In this document: positions 12,025-24,520 of the stretch, in pieces | How the letters are laid out: the number at the start of each line of letters is the position of its first letter | Position numbering within the stretch: position 1 is the first letter of the stretch | Assembly: GCA_013239625.1 (NCBI GenBank) | Contig: MU056277.1 | Coordinates: 2,583,601 to 2,646,075 of the forward strand | Reading direction: 5' to 3' | Source: Lama guanicoe | Lineage: Eukaryota | Length of the DNA: 62,475 bases | Notes under the pieces: generated by a model | Databases searched by the model: none | What the model was told of the DNA's origin: nothing | What the model saw: only the letters and a program-made list of their open reading frames with translations | Made by a program: the position numbers and the translations under genes

Positions 12025-12926
12025 CTGCCCGAGCACCCCAAGAACATACGAGGGAAGTGTGAGTCGTCACGATACAGACTATTTAAAGGTCACTCAAGAT
12101 GGTAGAGGGACCTGGTGCTGCTCTTGTCCCGGACCAGGGCTGGGGCATTGGTCACGAGCATTTGGAAGTGACCACCCACAGCCTTGGAGGTACCCACAGA
12201 CTTGCCCAGACCTTTCTGCCACAAATAGTACAGACGCCCTGGTTGTGCGCCCTGAAGGGCGGTGGGCTGCCCAGGAGGGGTCGGTCCCTGTCCCCCGAGA
12301 GGCTGTGTGGGCCTCTGCTCCTGCCCCCACCCCAGCGCAGCCTCTAGGGGCAGCGGGACCCAACAGACGTTTATCCCGCGTCTCAGCTTCAGTGAAGCCG
12401 CGTCCCCTGTTCCCCCCTCAAGGCTGTGGGGAGGTCTGTCACTGTTCTCACAAGTCACATGGGGCTCGGGCGCCCAGGCCTACCCCCAGGACTGGCAGAG
12501 ATGAACCCTCAGGAGGCCCAGCCGCCTCCGTTTCTGAAAGAGGGAGGGGGGTGCGCAGATGTTGGCGGGGAACTGAAGGCAGTGTGAGCAGGATGGTGGA
12601 AACTTCTAGACTCTTCTTGGAAGAAACAAGGCAGCACCCTCTCTGGGCCTTCTCCCTGCATGGAGACCCTCCTCCACTGCCCACGCCCTCCTCGAGGACG
12701 GCCCGGACCCCCGGCAGAGCGCCCGAGGTCTGCGTGGAGCCTTCGCGGGCAGAGTCTCCTGATCGTGGGGAGAACTGCCTCGGAGGCTCGGCCTCGCATG
12801 CAGCTGCCCAGTGGGCGGGGCTGCGTTTTAGCTCCAGTGCCGGCCCTTGGCCAAGCCTCCCAGTACACTTCACAAGCTGGACAACCGTGCCAGGCTGCAC
12901 TGGGCATCTGAGAGGCACCGACCTAC

Positions 12927-13135
12927 CCGGTGCAGGGGGTGCAGCCGGTGGCTGTGTCCGAGGAGGCCCTGCAGCATAGCCAGTGGCCGTTGAGGTAGGC
13001 GGACGGGTGGTAGACTGTGAGCCGCTTCTGGTTGCACTGGCTCACTTTGGTGAGGATGTCAATCCAGGCCTTGGCCTCCACGCAGTTGTTGGCCTGGATG
13101 TACAATGCCCGCTCAGGCTGGATGACCTGGAACAT
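12927..13135 (-). CDS. RASA3: RASA3 exon 21 (PH end plus BTK Zn motif: [70 protein letters not shown])
   Basis: 209 nt, cgcag|...|gtaggt; corresponds to track ORF 12923..13135. Confidence 0.98.
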
Positions 13136-13254
13136 CTGCGGGGAGACGGGGACTCAGGGGCCGCACAGCAAACCCTCCCGCCCCCCTCGCCCACTCCAGG
13201 CAGGTGTTACCTCCCCTGTGAGGCTTCTCAGAGTCTCCACTGCCTTTTGTATTT

Positions 13255-13400
13255 CTTACTCATTCAACAAACATTCCTGAGTAACTTGCAGTGTCCTGGG
13301 GACATAGTGGTCCAAACATCCTGCCCTTGTCAGCTTGCAGCCAGCAAGAAGGACAATAATGAACACAAAGTGCGGGGACTGTGTGAGGGTGAAGACCTAA
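13255..13400 (-). mobile_element. L2 LINE 3' fragment
   Basis: ttactcattcaacaaacattcctgag...ctggggacatagtgg is typical of an L2 end. Confidence 0.6.
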
Positions 13401-16400
13401 CGGGGGGTGGGCAGAGCCCTCCAAATAAACGATCCCCCAGCTGAGATCAGAAGGACGACCCAGGGTTCATTAAGCTGAGTGGGGAAAGCAGGGGTGTAAA
13501 GCCAGCAGCATGGGCAGTAGGTGTAAAGGCCCTGGGGCCAGGAGGGTTGGGCACTCCCAGCAGAAGCTGGCCAGGCTGCACACAGAGACGAGGCTGAGCA
13601 AGGGGGCTGGCAAGCCAGTGCCCTGGCAGGGCTGTGGGGGCTGGACTTGCCAGGAGTCAGGACAGCAAAGTCCATGGTGGCCTTCTGCAAGGGGGGTGGT
13701 GTGCACCCAGAGGAGAACAGGATTGGGGGGACTCCAGGAGGAGTCTGAGTCCAAGTTCCCAAGTAAATAGCCAGGACTCATTCAGAGATCGGAGGCTCCG
13801 CCCCCTACCGCACCCACACATGCACTGTTGCACAGGCCGCACACTGCACACTCCATGTGAGGCTGCAATCCCCAAAGGAGGGCAAGACTCTAGAAGGAAG
13901 CATTTTGTTCTGACTGTCCTCACAGGCTGGCCCCTCTGACAGGGCTTGGCACACAGCAGGCCTTGGAAAATGACTCTCAAATGGAAGAGGAGGTTGTCCT
14001 GGTAGTCAGCGTCGTGGAAGGCTGCCTCTGAGGTAGGCAGCAGAAGAAACAGGCTGACGAAGAAGTGCTCAGATTAGGGGGTTATTCTCAACCCGATGGA
14101 ATGAAGCCACTCACGCTGCTTCTAGAGTGCTCCCCACACTGGGTCCTTCTGCGGACGTTGGGGCCGTAGCCCACAGAGCCCCCATGCGGGGTTGGGGGAG
14201 TGATATCAGGCCCAGGGACGCCCGAGGTGAGGTGCCAGGGAGTCAACTTCCCTGAGGTCCAGAAAAGCGCCCCAGCCTAGCCACACGGTCGTCAGCTGGC
14301 CCAAGAAGTCGCCCAGAAGCCCAGGTATGAAGCCAGCGCAGGGCGCTGCACTGGGGCTGCCGTCTGTGGGCCGTGCTGGCCAGCCTGGGGCTCCCTCCAA
14401 CAGTCCAGCAAGCACTGCCCTCCGGGGACCGTGGGGCCAAGACCAGCCCCGGCCAGACGAGCAGATCCCCAGTGGCCACAGGCACCTACTGAACACCAGA
14501 CCATCCGGGGTACCCACGAGCACAAGCCAGATGGACACCAGGACCCTGAAGAGGGTGAGTGGTCAGCTGCTGGGGGCTGGGGGCCTGTGGCTGCTGGAGC
14601 GCGTGGCTCTGGGGGAGAGCCGTCCTCCCAGCGAGCGGTCGCTGGGGGCTCCTGGGGCAGGAGAAGGTTCAAGGGCAGCACAGAGCTGCCTGACACTGTC
14701 CTCAGCAGGGAGAACACGTTGTGGGGCCGCCCCTCCGCCCACTACAGCCCTCGGCACAGGAGGAGTGGTCCTCCAGCCTGGGACCACTTGGGAGTGCTCT
14801 CTCCCACGATGCTGGGCGGGCGGAGACCACACGGCCTGCAAACCCTCAGCCCGGTCACAGTCACGGTTTCTTTAAAGCTGGGAGACCAGGGATGATCGGC
14901 AGGATTCCACGTCTGGACTACGATTTGTTATTTCGTACTTATAGCCCGACGGTGCTTCGAAGAAGACTGCATGTGACTTACGTGAAATATAGCTAATGAA
15001 GTTGAAAAACATAAAAAACATTTAGAAAACTAGGAAGAGAGAAGCAGAAATGGAGAGAGACTGGGAAGAAGGAAGAGCTAAGAGTGCAGGTTTTCCGATG
15101 GAAACAGAGCCCAGAAAAGCCCCTGGATCAGGCTCCGCACTGAGTGCCATGGGGGGTGCTCCCAGTTACTGCACCAGCCTGAGGCTGAGGCTGCTGGGAA
15201 CTTCCGTCCCCCTACAGAGACCAGGCCTGCGCCCACAGAGCAAGGTCGTCCCCACCAGGGGTGAAGCCTGTGCTCTCCCTTGGAGCCTCGTGGAGGGGGC
15301 AGGAGAGGATGCAGCGGCCTGTTTCCTCCCTGACAGCCTTTGGAGGTGCTCGGTGATCAGGAAATGCAGACACCTCCCGTCGGGTCCCCACAACACTGGG
15401 GAAGCGAGCACACAGCTGGGAACCCCAAAGCTGTGGGTGTGTGAATGGCCAGAAGCGGGCCTGATGTGAGGGCTCTCCCACAGCCTCGGTCCAAAGTCTG
15501 ACTTTGAAAAGACTGAAATAACCAGCAGGCACACACTCTTGCCGGGTCAGGCCACACGTGGGTCCCCACAGACGTGGACCAGGCTCACACTTCAGTGGGG
15601 CCCAACCGTGTGTATGGGGTGTGCCTGGATCGGGGAGCTATTCCCATGGCCAGTCTCGGCCATGTGAGCATCTACGTGGTAACACCTGTGAGAGACTCAG
15701 CCCCTGAGAGTAAAACGGAGACCTGGGGGCCTCATGGCCCAACCAACACATGGGTAGACCTCCACGGGGGAAGAGAGCTCCCGCGGGAGGCAGCCGGCAG
15801 ACGCAGCGAAGGGTGAAGGAGTCAGGAGCCGTGTGGGTGGGCAAGGGCACAGCTGACTCGGTGCAGTGTGTCCCTGAGAGCGCCTGCCCAACCGAGGGAC
15901 CACGGGCCCCCGACACGAGTCACCAGCACGTGTGCCACCTTGTGAACCTCTCGATAAAACACATCACCAGAACCTGCTGCCGCTGACGACCTGACACCCA
16001 AACTGAGGGCTGCCCCCAAACTCTGGCCTATCTGCTTGTGGCTGAGTCCGCGAAACACAGAGAAGAGCTGAGGAGTGTTCCAGATTAAGGAGACGGCAGA
16101 GAACTAAGTACTAGCTGCTGACCTGGGAAAACAGCGGCTCAAAGGCCGTGACTGGATGTGGACTAGGGATAACGCCACATCAGCGCAGGGCGTTCTGATC
16201 CCGGGGACTACAGGGTCACGGAAAAGGACATCCTCACTTGTAGGACGTGGTTCAGGGAAAACACACACATTCTACGCAGAGAGAGACGAGGAGGGCATGA
16301 CACAACTCAGCAGGTGGACAAATGCAAACAACCAGCCTTACTCTATTCTCAGAACTTTCCCATAAATTGAAAACTAGATCTGAATGAACAGCAGGCCCCA

Positions 16401-16554
16401 GCTGACCCTGGTGGAGGGTGGGGGCTGCTTGCTCCAAGGTTCGGACGTGGAACCACACGGCGCCTGGTGGACACCCAGGGACTGCGCACCCTGAGAGAGG
16501 ACGCGGGAGGCAGGGCGGTGGTGGGAGGCGCAGGGCAGGGCAGTGGTGACTCAC

Positions 16555-16637
16555 GTTCTTCATCTTGAAGGACTCCTCCTCCAGCGTCTCCACTGCCAGG
16601 ATGTTCTCGATGGGGATGCTGCAGAGGGGCGGGTCTC
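16555..16637 (-). CDS. RASA3: RASA3 exon 20 (GDPPLCSIPIENILAVETLEEESFKMKN)
   Basis: 83 nt, cacag|...|gtgagt. Confidence 0.97.
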
Positions 16638-17014
16638 CTGTGCATGGGGGGGCTGCCTGTGAGCAGGCCAGTCTCCCTCTCAGGGTCTCACACCCGCCCC
16701 CGACAGGACCTGCGTCCACAGGGCCGCCCTGGCTCCAGGAACCATGTCCGCACGCTTTTGTGGGGAGAGAGCACCTCCTTGGGGCCCCACGATCTAGGTC
16801 TGAGACCTTGGTTCCCATATGTGGCCCCGGAGGGCGACAGCCTCGGCCCACATCTGCCAAGGCCACGCTGGCAGAGCCCCACCTCCCCCATGAGGAGCCG
16901 CTCAACCCGGATGCAGGTGGTGACCCAGTAGAGACTGAGACAATAAAATACGTAAATTTTATTCCTTGGAATAAAATACGTGAAAACAAGTAAAAAGCAA
17001 ACTTTTCTTGTTAC

Positions 17015-17121
17015 CTTTGTTTTTCTGGTAGGTAAATTCATGGTTTGTCAAGCGGAACCATCTTTTCTTAAAATTCTTCATCCCAAAGCGTTTTCGGCCC
17101 TGTGCCCTCTTAATCATGAAC
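17015..17121 (-). CDS. RASA3: RASA3 exon 19 ([35 protein letters not shown]; PH phosphoinositide/IP4-binding loop)
   Basis: 107 nt, accag|...|gtaac. Confidence 0.97.
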
Positions 17122-17812
17122 CTGGTGGGAACAGGACACGCCGGTGGGGCACATCCCCAGCCCCCGCCCTCCCCAGCAGCCCAGAGTCACGCAGGCAAAA
17201 CGACTCTCCACTTCCGTACCTGGGAGACTCCATGCAGGCTGCAGGGTTTCAGTACCTTATAATTTTGTTTCCAAGTGACAGGATTTAAAAATCAAAAGGC
17301 AAATGCCGCTACTTTTGAAGTTTAGCCCCTACGCTGGTGTCAGGTTCAAGTCACAAGCCGACGATGCCAGTGGTCTACCAGCACTCCACTGACGCGGCCC
17401 CCGCCCACCCCCACCCTGAAACATGGGCAAGAGTTGCTCCCAAGGAAAGTGCGGGCAGCAGGCCCACAGCCGTGGCAGGCTGTTCCCAAAGCAGAGACCG
17501 GCGACTGGGTCTCTGGGCTCTGTGCCCTGACGGGAGCCCCTCCAGAGGGAGGGGCTGATGGGAGCAGACGGGCCCCTGGACTTGGGTGGGTGTGGGCAGC
17601 CCAGCAGGAGCACCTGACAGTCCCTCTACCCACCCCCTTGCTCCCGGGAGAGCATCTCTCCACCCGCAGGTCCGGCAGAGAACAGGCCCAGGGGAGTGAC
17701 CCCTGCGTCTCAGACAAGCTCTGGGGCAGGCCTGGTGCGTTTCAGAGACGGGTCTGGGCGGCCTCTGACTGGACAGACTGAGAACCCCGCCCTGCCTCTC
17801 CCGCTGGCCTAC

Positions 17813-17886
17813 CCTTCCTTAAGCAGGATGGGTTGCTGCACACTCTTGGGGTCTCTTCTCCCAGAGGATGAGATCAAATCTAAGAA
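17813..17886 (-). CDS. RASA3: RASA3 exon 18 (FLDLISSSGRRDPKSVQQPILLKEG)
   Basis: 74 nt, gtttag|...|gtaggc. Confidence 0.97.
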
Positions 17887-18539
17887 CTAAACGTGGGAAA
17901 GAAATCAGATCATTAAAAGGGGAACCAGCATGCCTGAATATGTCCGCTCCTGGGCAGCATGGCTCTAGGGGTGCTTTGTGTCTCTTTCTGGCCCCAGAGA
18001 AGAGAGCGCTCTGGGGTGTGGTGCTAGGGTAGGGGTCCCACCCTGGTCTCCACTAGGGCTGAGTAGCTTCTGGCCCCCACCTGAGTGCACCCGCGGCTGG
18101 TGCAGCACCTGGAAGGCTGCCAGGCTTCAGGCGACACCGGGAGGTCCCCAGCATTTGTCAGGTGACCCCCGAATGCACTTCTAGTGGAGTTTGAAGCAGC
18201 CCTGCTGCACGCAACCCTACCCCAGGTTCTGCTGCTCATGTCCCACGACCGGTCTGGGTTCCTTCCACCCACTTAGCTGCCTCAGCTCCTCCCCTGCCCT
18301 CCCCTGGACACAGTTTTTATGATTTGAGAGCCAAATATGTGAGACTGCTTCTAAATAGGAGAAACAAGGAAAGCTCTAGGACCCAGAGAGATACTATGGG
18401 AGGGCTGAGTCCCTAACTCTGGGTCTGGGGTCCTGGGTGCTCGGGGCGGGGGCACCAGGAGCACACAGCCAGGACGGGGCAGGATGTGGCATCCCAGAAC
18501 AACTGGGCAATAATCACGTGGGTGTGACGTGCAGGCACT

Positions 18540-18715
18540 GAGGGAAAAGGAAGCCCCGACCTAGACCCCAGAGAGGTGCGTCCAGCAGCCCCGGGCGGTG
18601 AGAGCCCTGGACTCAGCGGTCCTGAGACGCTGCGAGCTCACCAAACAGGGTGAAACAGTGTGAAAGGGTTAATGGTCAATTTCACGTTATTTGGATTTTA
18701 ACTCAATTTTTAAAC
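18540..18715 (+). mobile_element. Old L1 (L1M) 3' end fragment
   Basis: gggttaatggtcaatttcacgttatttggattttaactcaatttttaaa. Confidence 0.55.
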
Positions 18716-18787
18716 AAGCAGCTCTGCTTCTGGGGAACAACGTGACTACGGGGCAGCGAGACTGCGTGACTTGAGTCCGATACTCAC

Positions 18788-18865
18788 GTTTTTCACTGCG
18801 TCAGCGTATTTCTGCTCATTGAAGAATTCATAAAATGCAGCCATGTAGGATTCCTTAAAACTGGC
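18788..18865 (-). CDS. RASA3: RASA3 exon 17 ([26 protein letters not shown])
   Basis: 78 nt, tttag|...|gtgagt. Confidence 0.97.
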
Positions 18866-19837
18866 CTAAAATGAAACAGGTCACTTAACGATGCATACAG
18901 GTCTCCTGGCCAAACGTGGAAACGCTGGAGGCACAGGTGAGGACCAGCCTCAGCTGCGGTGACTGAGCGGAAGACGCCGGGTGGCCCTGGGGGGCGCTGC
19001 CCTGGGGGTGAGCCCCCTCAAGCTGCGTCTCAGCAGGCTACCTCCGCCGGGCCCTTGTGAGGTCTTGTGACGAGTGACTCAGCACCCGCCTCTGGGGTCA
19101 CTTGTTCCCAGATGCAGGCACTGGGGTCTCTTCTGTGAGCCGGGGGTAGGGAGGGGCTTCCTAAAGTGGGGAGTCAGGGCACCAGCAGGAACCCGGGGAG
19201 GGGTCTCCAGCAGCCGCCCCCACGCTGCACCCATGTCCACTGTGTTCATATGAGGGCATTTCGCTCCCCTAGGTGTGAAAATGAGGTGGGTTCTGTGCTG
19301 ATCTCAGCCCCGCCGGGAGCTTCCAGCCACCAAAAACTAGGACTGCCTGCCAGGGAGAGAGGCTGGAGCTCACGAGCCACCCTACCTCTTTATTTTACCC
19401 AGATTCACAGAAAGCTGAGCGTTTGCTCGAAGGGCTTGTCTACAGGGATCGGACCTGGCCCCTCATGGCCCTGCACAGAGCAGGAGGAGGAGTTCTGGGC
19501 TGGGGGCTTCTGTGGTCTCGGCTCAGCCCTTTCCAGACGGAGCCCAGCGGGCCCCTCCATGCAGGAGCCAGGTGCAGGGTCCATCCCCGAGGACGTCCCC
19601 ACCTGGCCCTTGCACCACTGCCTGTCATGAGGTGCCCTTGAGTGACAGGGCAGGGGAGATACAGATTTGTTATCGAAGGGGTAAAATGTGCTGGGGGCCC
19701 AGGGAGGGCAGGGGCTGCCCCTGGCTGCGTGTGGATGAGCCATCGGTCACCTCCACTGATGTTCAAGCCCCACTTGGGCCACCAAGGGCTGAGGAGGCAA
19801 GGTCTGGGAATCCACACCCGGCAGTGGAAGTATTAGC

Positions 19838-20100
19838 CACCTAGAGTGACATCACCACCTACAGGTGACACCATCACATACAGTGACTCCACCTCCTACA
19901 GTGATACCACCACCTTCAGGTGATGTCACCACCTACAGATGACATCATCACATACAGTGACGTCACCTCCTACAGTGACACCAGCGCCTACAGTGACGTC
20001 ACCACCCATGGTGACGCCATTGCCTGCAGCGACATCACCGCCTACAGTGACGTCATCACCTACAGGTGACATCATCACTCACAGTGATGTCCCCACCACC
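19838..20100. repeat. 18-19 bp minisatellite, about 14 diverged copies (consensus CCTACAGTGACGTCACCA)
   Basis: Directly visible periodic units in RASA3 intron 16. Confidence 0.9.
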
Positions 20101-20249
20101 TGCTGTCGTCCTTTTCCTCCCAAAGAGCGGTTTCACAGCCTCGGGTGGAAGGTGCTTGAGCAGGTGGGGCAGTTACGCTCCTGGTCATGCAACTCCTCCC
20201 TGTCCCCCCCCACCATGTGCCGAAAAGAGAACTAAAGTCAGTGACTCAC

Positions 20250-20327
20250 AGACTTGGACTTGGACAGGCTGCCGAGGGTCTGGATGGTCTTCGAGACGAG
20301 AGTCAGCGTCCTGGACGTCTGCGGGTC
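20250..20327 (-). CDS. RASA3: RASA3 exon 16 ([26 protein letters not shown])
   Basis: 78 nt, ggcag|...|gtgagt. Confidence 0.97.
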
Positions 20328-21091
20328 CTGCCAGGGACGGGGCCGGGGACAGGCTTACAGACAAGGTGTGACCCAAAGGGCTGACAAAACGAAGGCTATC
20401 CCCTAAAAGCTGCCCCAGCATGAGCGTCGTCCGCGAGTGAGCAGATGAACACGCAGACACTAGATCTGGAGGTGCCTCCAGACCGTCCCCTGAAGATGCA
20501 GCCCCAGGCCCCAGACCCCGCGTCTCCTCACACGCAGCAGTGTGACAAGAGCTGCTCAGGCCAGTGCAGGGCGGATCCTGCCGGCCACCTCCCCTGTCGG
20601 CGCTCCCGTGTGACCGGCCTGGGGCCTCCCTGACCCTGAGTGCAGGTCGCGGACTTACTTCAAACCCACAAAAGCAGGAGTGGGCCCGTTCCCCTCGAAT
20701 CCCTCAGCCTAGGCTTTCCGCTTGGCGCCTTCTGTGAAAGCTCGGAGCCCGGCTCAAGAAATATCTGCTGACTGACTGGAGGGACGGCTGGATACCCAGG
20801 AGGTTGTAGATCCCCCATCCTCCCAGGGGCAGGATTAGTCACGTAACAGCCACAGTGACACCCCAGTCACCCCTTAATAGTTTTACCGACACATCGTAGA
20901 TTAAAAAGTCTTGAAACCTGCTTGAGACTAAGGAGTCTAGGGCAGGCGGCACGTTCACAGCCCAGTCACTACGTGGTGCTGCCTCTGCCCTCACACGGCT
21001 CCACAGACCCTGCCCAAGCCACCTGCTGGGTCAGGAGGGCTGGATGGTCCAGGCCTGGCCGACCAGTTCCCATGGCCGGATGCTGACGTAC

Positions 21092-21198
21092 CGTGTGGTG
21101 GGGCGTGAGCTGGAAGAGGTTGGGGGACAGGATGGCTGGAGCGAAGAATCTCAGGAAGATGAAGCTGCTGACGGCCGTGTACCTCACGTCCAGGTCGT
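21092..21198 (-). CDS. RASA3: RASA3 exon 15 ([36 protein letters not shown]; RasGAP FLR signature)
   Basis: 107 nt, ccgcag|...|gtacgt. Confidence 0.98.
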
Positions 21199-22139
21199 CT
21201 GCGGCCAGCACAGGGAGAGGACAGCAGTGGGCCTTGGGCGGGGCGCCTGTGACCAGAGCCCCACTCCTCTGAGGGCCTCCCGGAGGCGAGGGCCAGCTTG
21301 CAGCCCCTGCCCCGCTCTGTCTCTGTCTCTGCTGCTAAAAGCTCAGCTCTGTCCAGCAGCTGGGCTGCAACAGACAGGACCGCTCACCAGCCCTGGTGCT
21401 GCGATGCCGAGATGGCTGGGTGGGTGGTTTGCCACAGCTGAGCAGGAGGGTATGACTTGTTCATCTCCTCTCAAAGGGGTCTGGGGCTCAGGTGTGCTGG
21501 GTAACTGCCCTCCCAGTGCCGGACGGAGCCTCACTCCCTGAAAGCAGGGCTCCTGTCCGTGGAGGGCCCAGTACAGGCCCCATTGCTGGAGAGGACGCAG
21601 TGCCCAGCAGGCGTGGGGCCTTCTGTCTGGCCTGTGGGGATCGCCCTGGGGGCTGCAGCACCACACACTGCGCTGACTCACGGCTCCCTGGGGAAGGGTG
21701 GGCAGGGTTGGGGCGGGGCCTCTTGGACCAGGCAGGGCACCAAATGGCACTGCCCTCTCCTCGGCCTGGGAAGCCTGGCCCAGGCCGTGCTGGCACGCCA
21801 CGTGCAGGCCCTCAGGGAATCTGACGCCCGCCTCCGGGGCAGGACGCTGCTTTGCCCCCGCAGAGGTCTGTACAGGGTGGCTCCTGGCAGCCCCCTGAGG
21901 AACCAGCATAACGGAAAAGGAGACTCTCCTTTGGGTTCCCTCCCGGCCCAGTGACACAAAGGGCTCATCCTGTCTTTCTGGAAAATGCAGCAAAGCAGAG
22001 TCCAAGGACACTGGGTGCTGAGCTGAAAGGTGGCTTCTCTTGCTGCAAAGGCCCGAATGAAACACTGCGACACAGCGCGGCCCTAGCTCACACAGGGGTG
22101 AGCGCAGACGGGGGAGCCCTGGCAGCCCAGGGCACTTAC

Positions 22140-22263
22140 CTTGGAAGCGCTTGGCGGCTGCCTCTCGCAGGGAGAAGAAAATGTCACACATGACAGTGGG
22201 GCAGCTCACCCCCGACTTGGTAATGACGTTGAAGATGCGGTCAACATACTGCCGCAGGTTCTC
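22140..22263 (-). CDS. RASA3: RASA3 exon 14 ([41 protein letters not shown])
   Basis: 124 nt, ttacag|...|gtaagt. Confidence 0.97.
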
Positions 22264-22359
22264 CTGTAATGGGGGGGCGGGGTGATGAGCGCTGCCTGCA
22301 CCCGGCCCTCCCTCGGCTGACCCGCTGGCTGCTCAGAGCCCCCCACCACTGCGGAGAGG

Positions 22360-22482
22360 TAAGGGCAGAAGAAGGAGAGGGGACAAGGGAGGGGAGAGGG
22401 CAGGAGAGGAGAGAAGGAAGCAAGGAAGGAAGGAAGAAAAAGAGGGAGGGAGGACAGTGTGGGAAGGAAGAGAGAAAGGAGT
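22360..22482 (+). repeat. Polypurine (GGAA/GAGG) tract
   Basis: About 120 nt of almost pure A/G, roughly 100 nt upstream (on -) of the exon 14 acceptor. Confidence 0.85.
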
Positions 22483-22918
22483 GAATTACGAAAATCACGG
22501 TGATTCGTGTTGACACTTGGAACGCAAGTCACAGGGAAGGACCCGGGTGCTGGCCAGTCACAGTGACTCATGGAAACAACTAGAGATGAAGGGGCATGTT
22601 GCGTTTCCTCCGCCCTGCCACCCCATCAGCCTTCATGAAGAAACCACATGGAAAGATTAAACAAGGATTCTGCTCTTTTAAAAAGTGGGCCAGAGCTCTG
22701 GGAGCAGCAGGAGGCGGCCCAGGTGGGGACCCATGCTTGCTGAGGTGAGGAGCCGGCTCCACCCCACAGGGGAGCTCCCGGCTCTTTGGGGAGCACGAGG
22801 GTGCAGAGCGGGTTAGCAGCAAAGTGGAGGCAGATGAGGTGGCAGCTGGGCGGTGAGGCTGTCCCTGAACATCTGCCCTCACCCGCCCTCCTGCTGGGCC
22901 CCATCCCTCTGGCCTCAC

Positions 22919-22993
22919 CATGTTGCTCTCCAGGCTTTCATGTTCCTTCAGCCGCACGGGGTCAATCTCACAGGACTTGTGACTCTGACAAAT
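22919..22993 (-). CDS. RASA3: RASA3 exon 13 (ICQSHKSCEIDPVRLKEHESLESNM)
   Basis: 75 nt, ttgcag|...|gtgagg. Confidence 0.97.
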
Positions 22994-23665
22994 CTGCAAA
23001 GAGCATTCACAACCCAGAGAGTGTGAGCCCACTACAGAGCGCCAGCGGGTGGACAGCCCCGCGGACATCGCAGTGGGTCCAGAACAGCCACCACGTGACG
23101 GACGCCACAAGGAGCACGTGGGGTCGTGGCCAGGACACTGAGGGGTGCGAGGCCTCGGGCCCTGGGGGAACAGCCTTTCCTAAGACTGTTCTGCATGAGA
23201 TCAGGTTCACCAAGTTTAGTAATGTTCTCACTTTAAAGTTCTGCCCGGATTTGGCACAGAGGTCAAACCAGAACCATATCCTCAATGGTCTCTCATTGCT
23301 TTTGCGACACTTCTGGGGATGCGCTGCCTACACTGGCGTCCCCGGCGGGCGGTGTGAGAGAAGCTGTCCTCTGGAGGGGAGGCCAGTCACTCCTCCCTGG
23401 TTGTCTGACCACCGGTGGGAGACAGCAGAGGCCATCTCCGCCCACCTGGCGAACTTGGGCGGGGGGTGTCCTCTGAAGGACGGGTTTTCTCTCCCATGTC
23501 CTTCTATCTTAGCAGAAACATGAGCTTTCTTAAGTGTTTGTCTGATTTGAGAAAACGTGGAAGGATCTGGGACTCACTGGCAGGTCCCCAGGGGCGGCCG
23601 GGGAGAAGCTGACGGGGAAGTAGGGTCTGCGGGCTCCGGGCCCTGTCCCGCCCCCTTGCCCTCAC

Positions 23666-23780
23666 CTCCTCAATGGTGGGCTTAAGGGTGTCATGCAGGT
23701 ACTGCATCCCTGCCAGCTTCATCGTCTCGTCGATGCACTTGGATGTCAGTGAGTTTCCTCGGAAAATGGTGTTGGGGTCC
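23666..23780 (-). CDS. RASA3: RASA3 exon 12 ([38 protein letters not shown]; arginine finger R371)
   Basis: 115 nt, gtgcag|...|gtgag; RasGAP FRGNS motif intact. Confidence 0.98.
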
Positions 23781-24371
23781 CTGCACAACAGTCACCAGTA
23801 GCGAGGTGTCCCAGGCAGAGGCTGCCCTGACCGACGCCTCACGGCTGGGAGTCCTGAGCTGGGCTCGCCTGCCTGTGCAACGAACCCATCCACCGCCAAA
23901 GGCCAACACACCCACGGCCACCACCAACGGGCACCTCCTCGTTCTGCGCTTTGAGGGCCCTTCTGCTCCTCTGGGTCTAGGTCAGCACAGGAGGTCACAG
24001 GGCACCCTCCCCCAGGGCACACTCCACATCCTTCTGTTCTGACGGTCCCAGGGTGCCCCGCCCCAGCAGAACCCGCCTCCCTGGAATGGCCACAGGCCCT
24101 GGAGCCAAGGCGGCCCGGCCTCTGCCGTGGGCTTGAGGTGGGCTTAAGACTGATTCGCAGCTCCCACCTCAGGCACCGAGCCCCTCGGGGCAACGGGTGC
24201 TCCTCACCCCTTCCTGCCTTGAGGCCTGGGGTTTCCAGAGAAAAAGCACATCTTTGAAATGGGGAGTGGGGAGTGTATCTCTGGAGGAAACCTGTCCCCG
24301 GGAATCCTCCAGCGCCTGGCCCCCTGCCCTGCCCCTCACCGGACTCAGGCCTGACCCGGGGCCACACTCAC

Positions 24372-24520
24372 TGGGTCCGCCGGACCTCGGCGCTGGCGAT
24401 AGCGCAGATGAAAGGCACCACCCGGCCATAGTGCAGGAGGAGCCGCACCAGCGGGACTGCCGCCTCCTGCTTCTCCCTGCACACCTCGCCCAGGATGTGG
24501 GCTGCAGACGCCGAGACGGG
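24372..24520 (-). CDS. RASA3: RASA3 exon 11 ([50 protein letters not shown])
   Basis: 149 nt, ccccag|...|gtgagt. Confidence 0.97.

Noticed and set aside
19939-20235. Mucin-like (TVTSPP)n ORF
   Set aside because: It is simply the translation of the 18-bp minisatellite, with no supporting exon structure.
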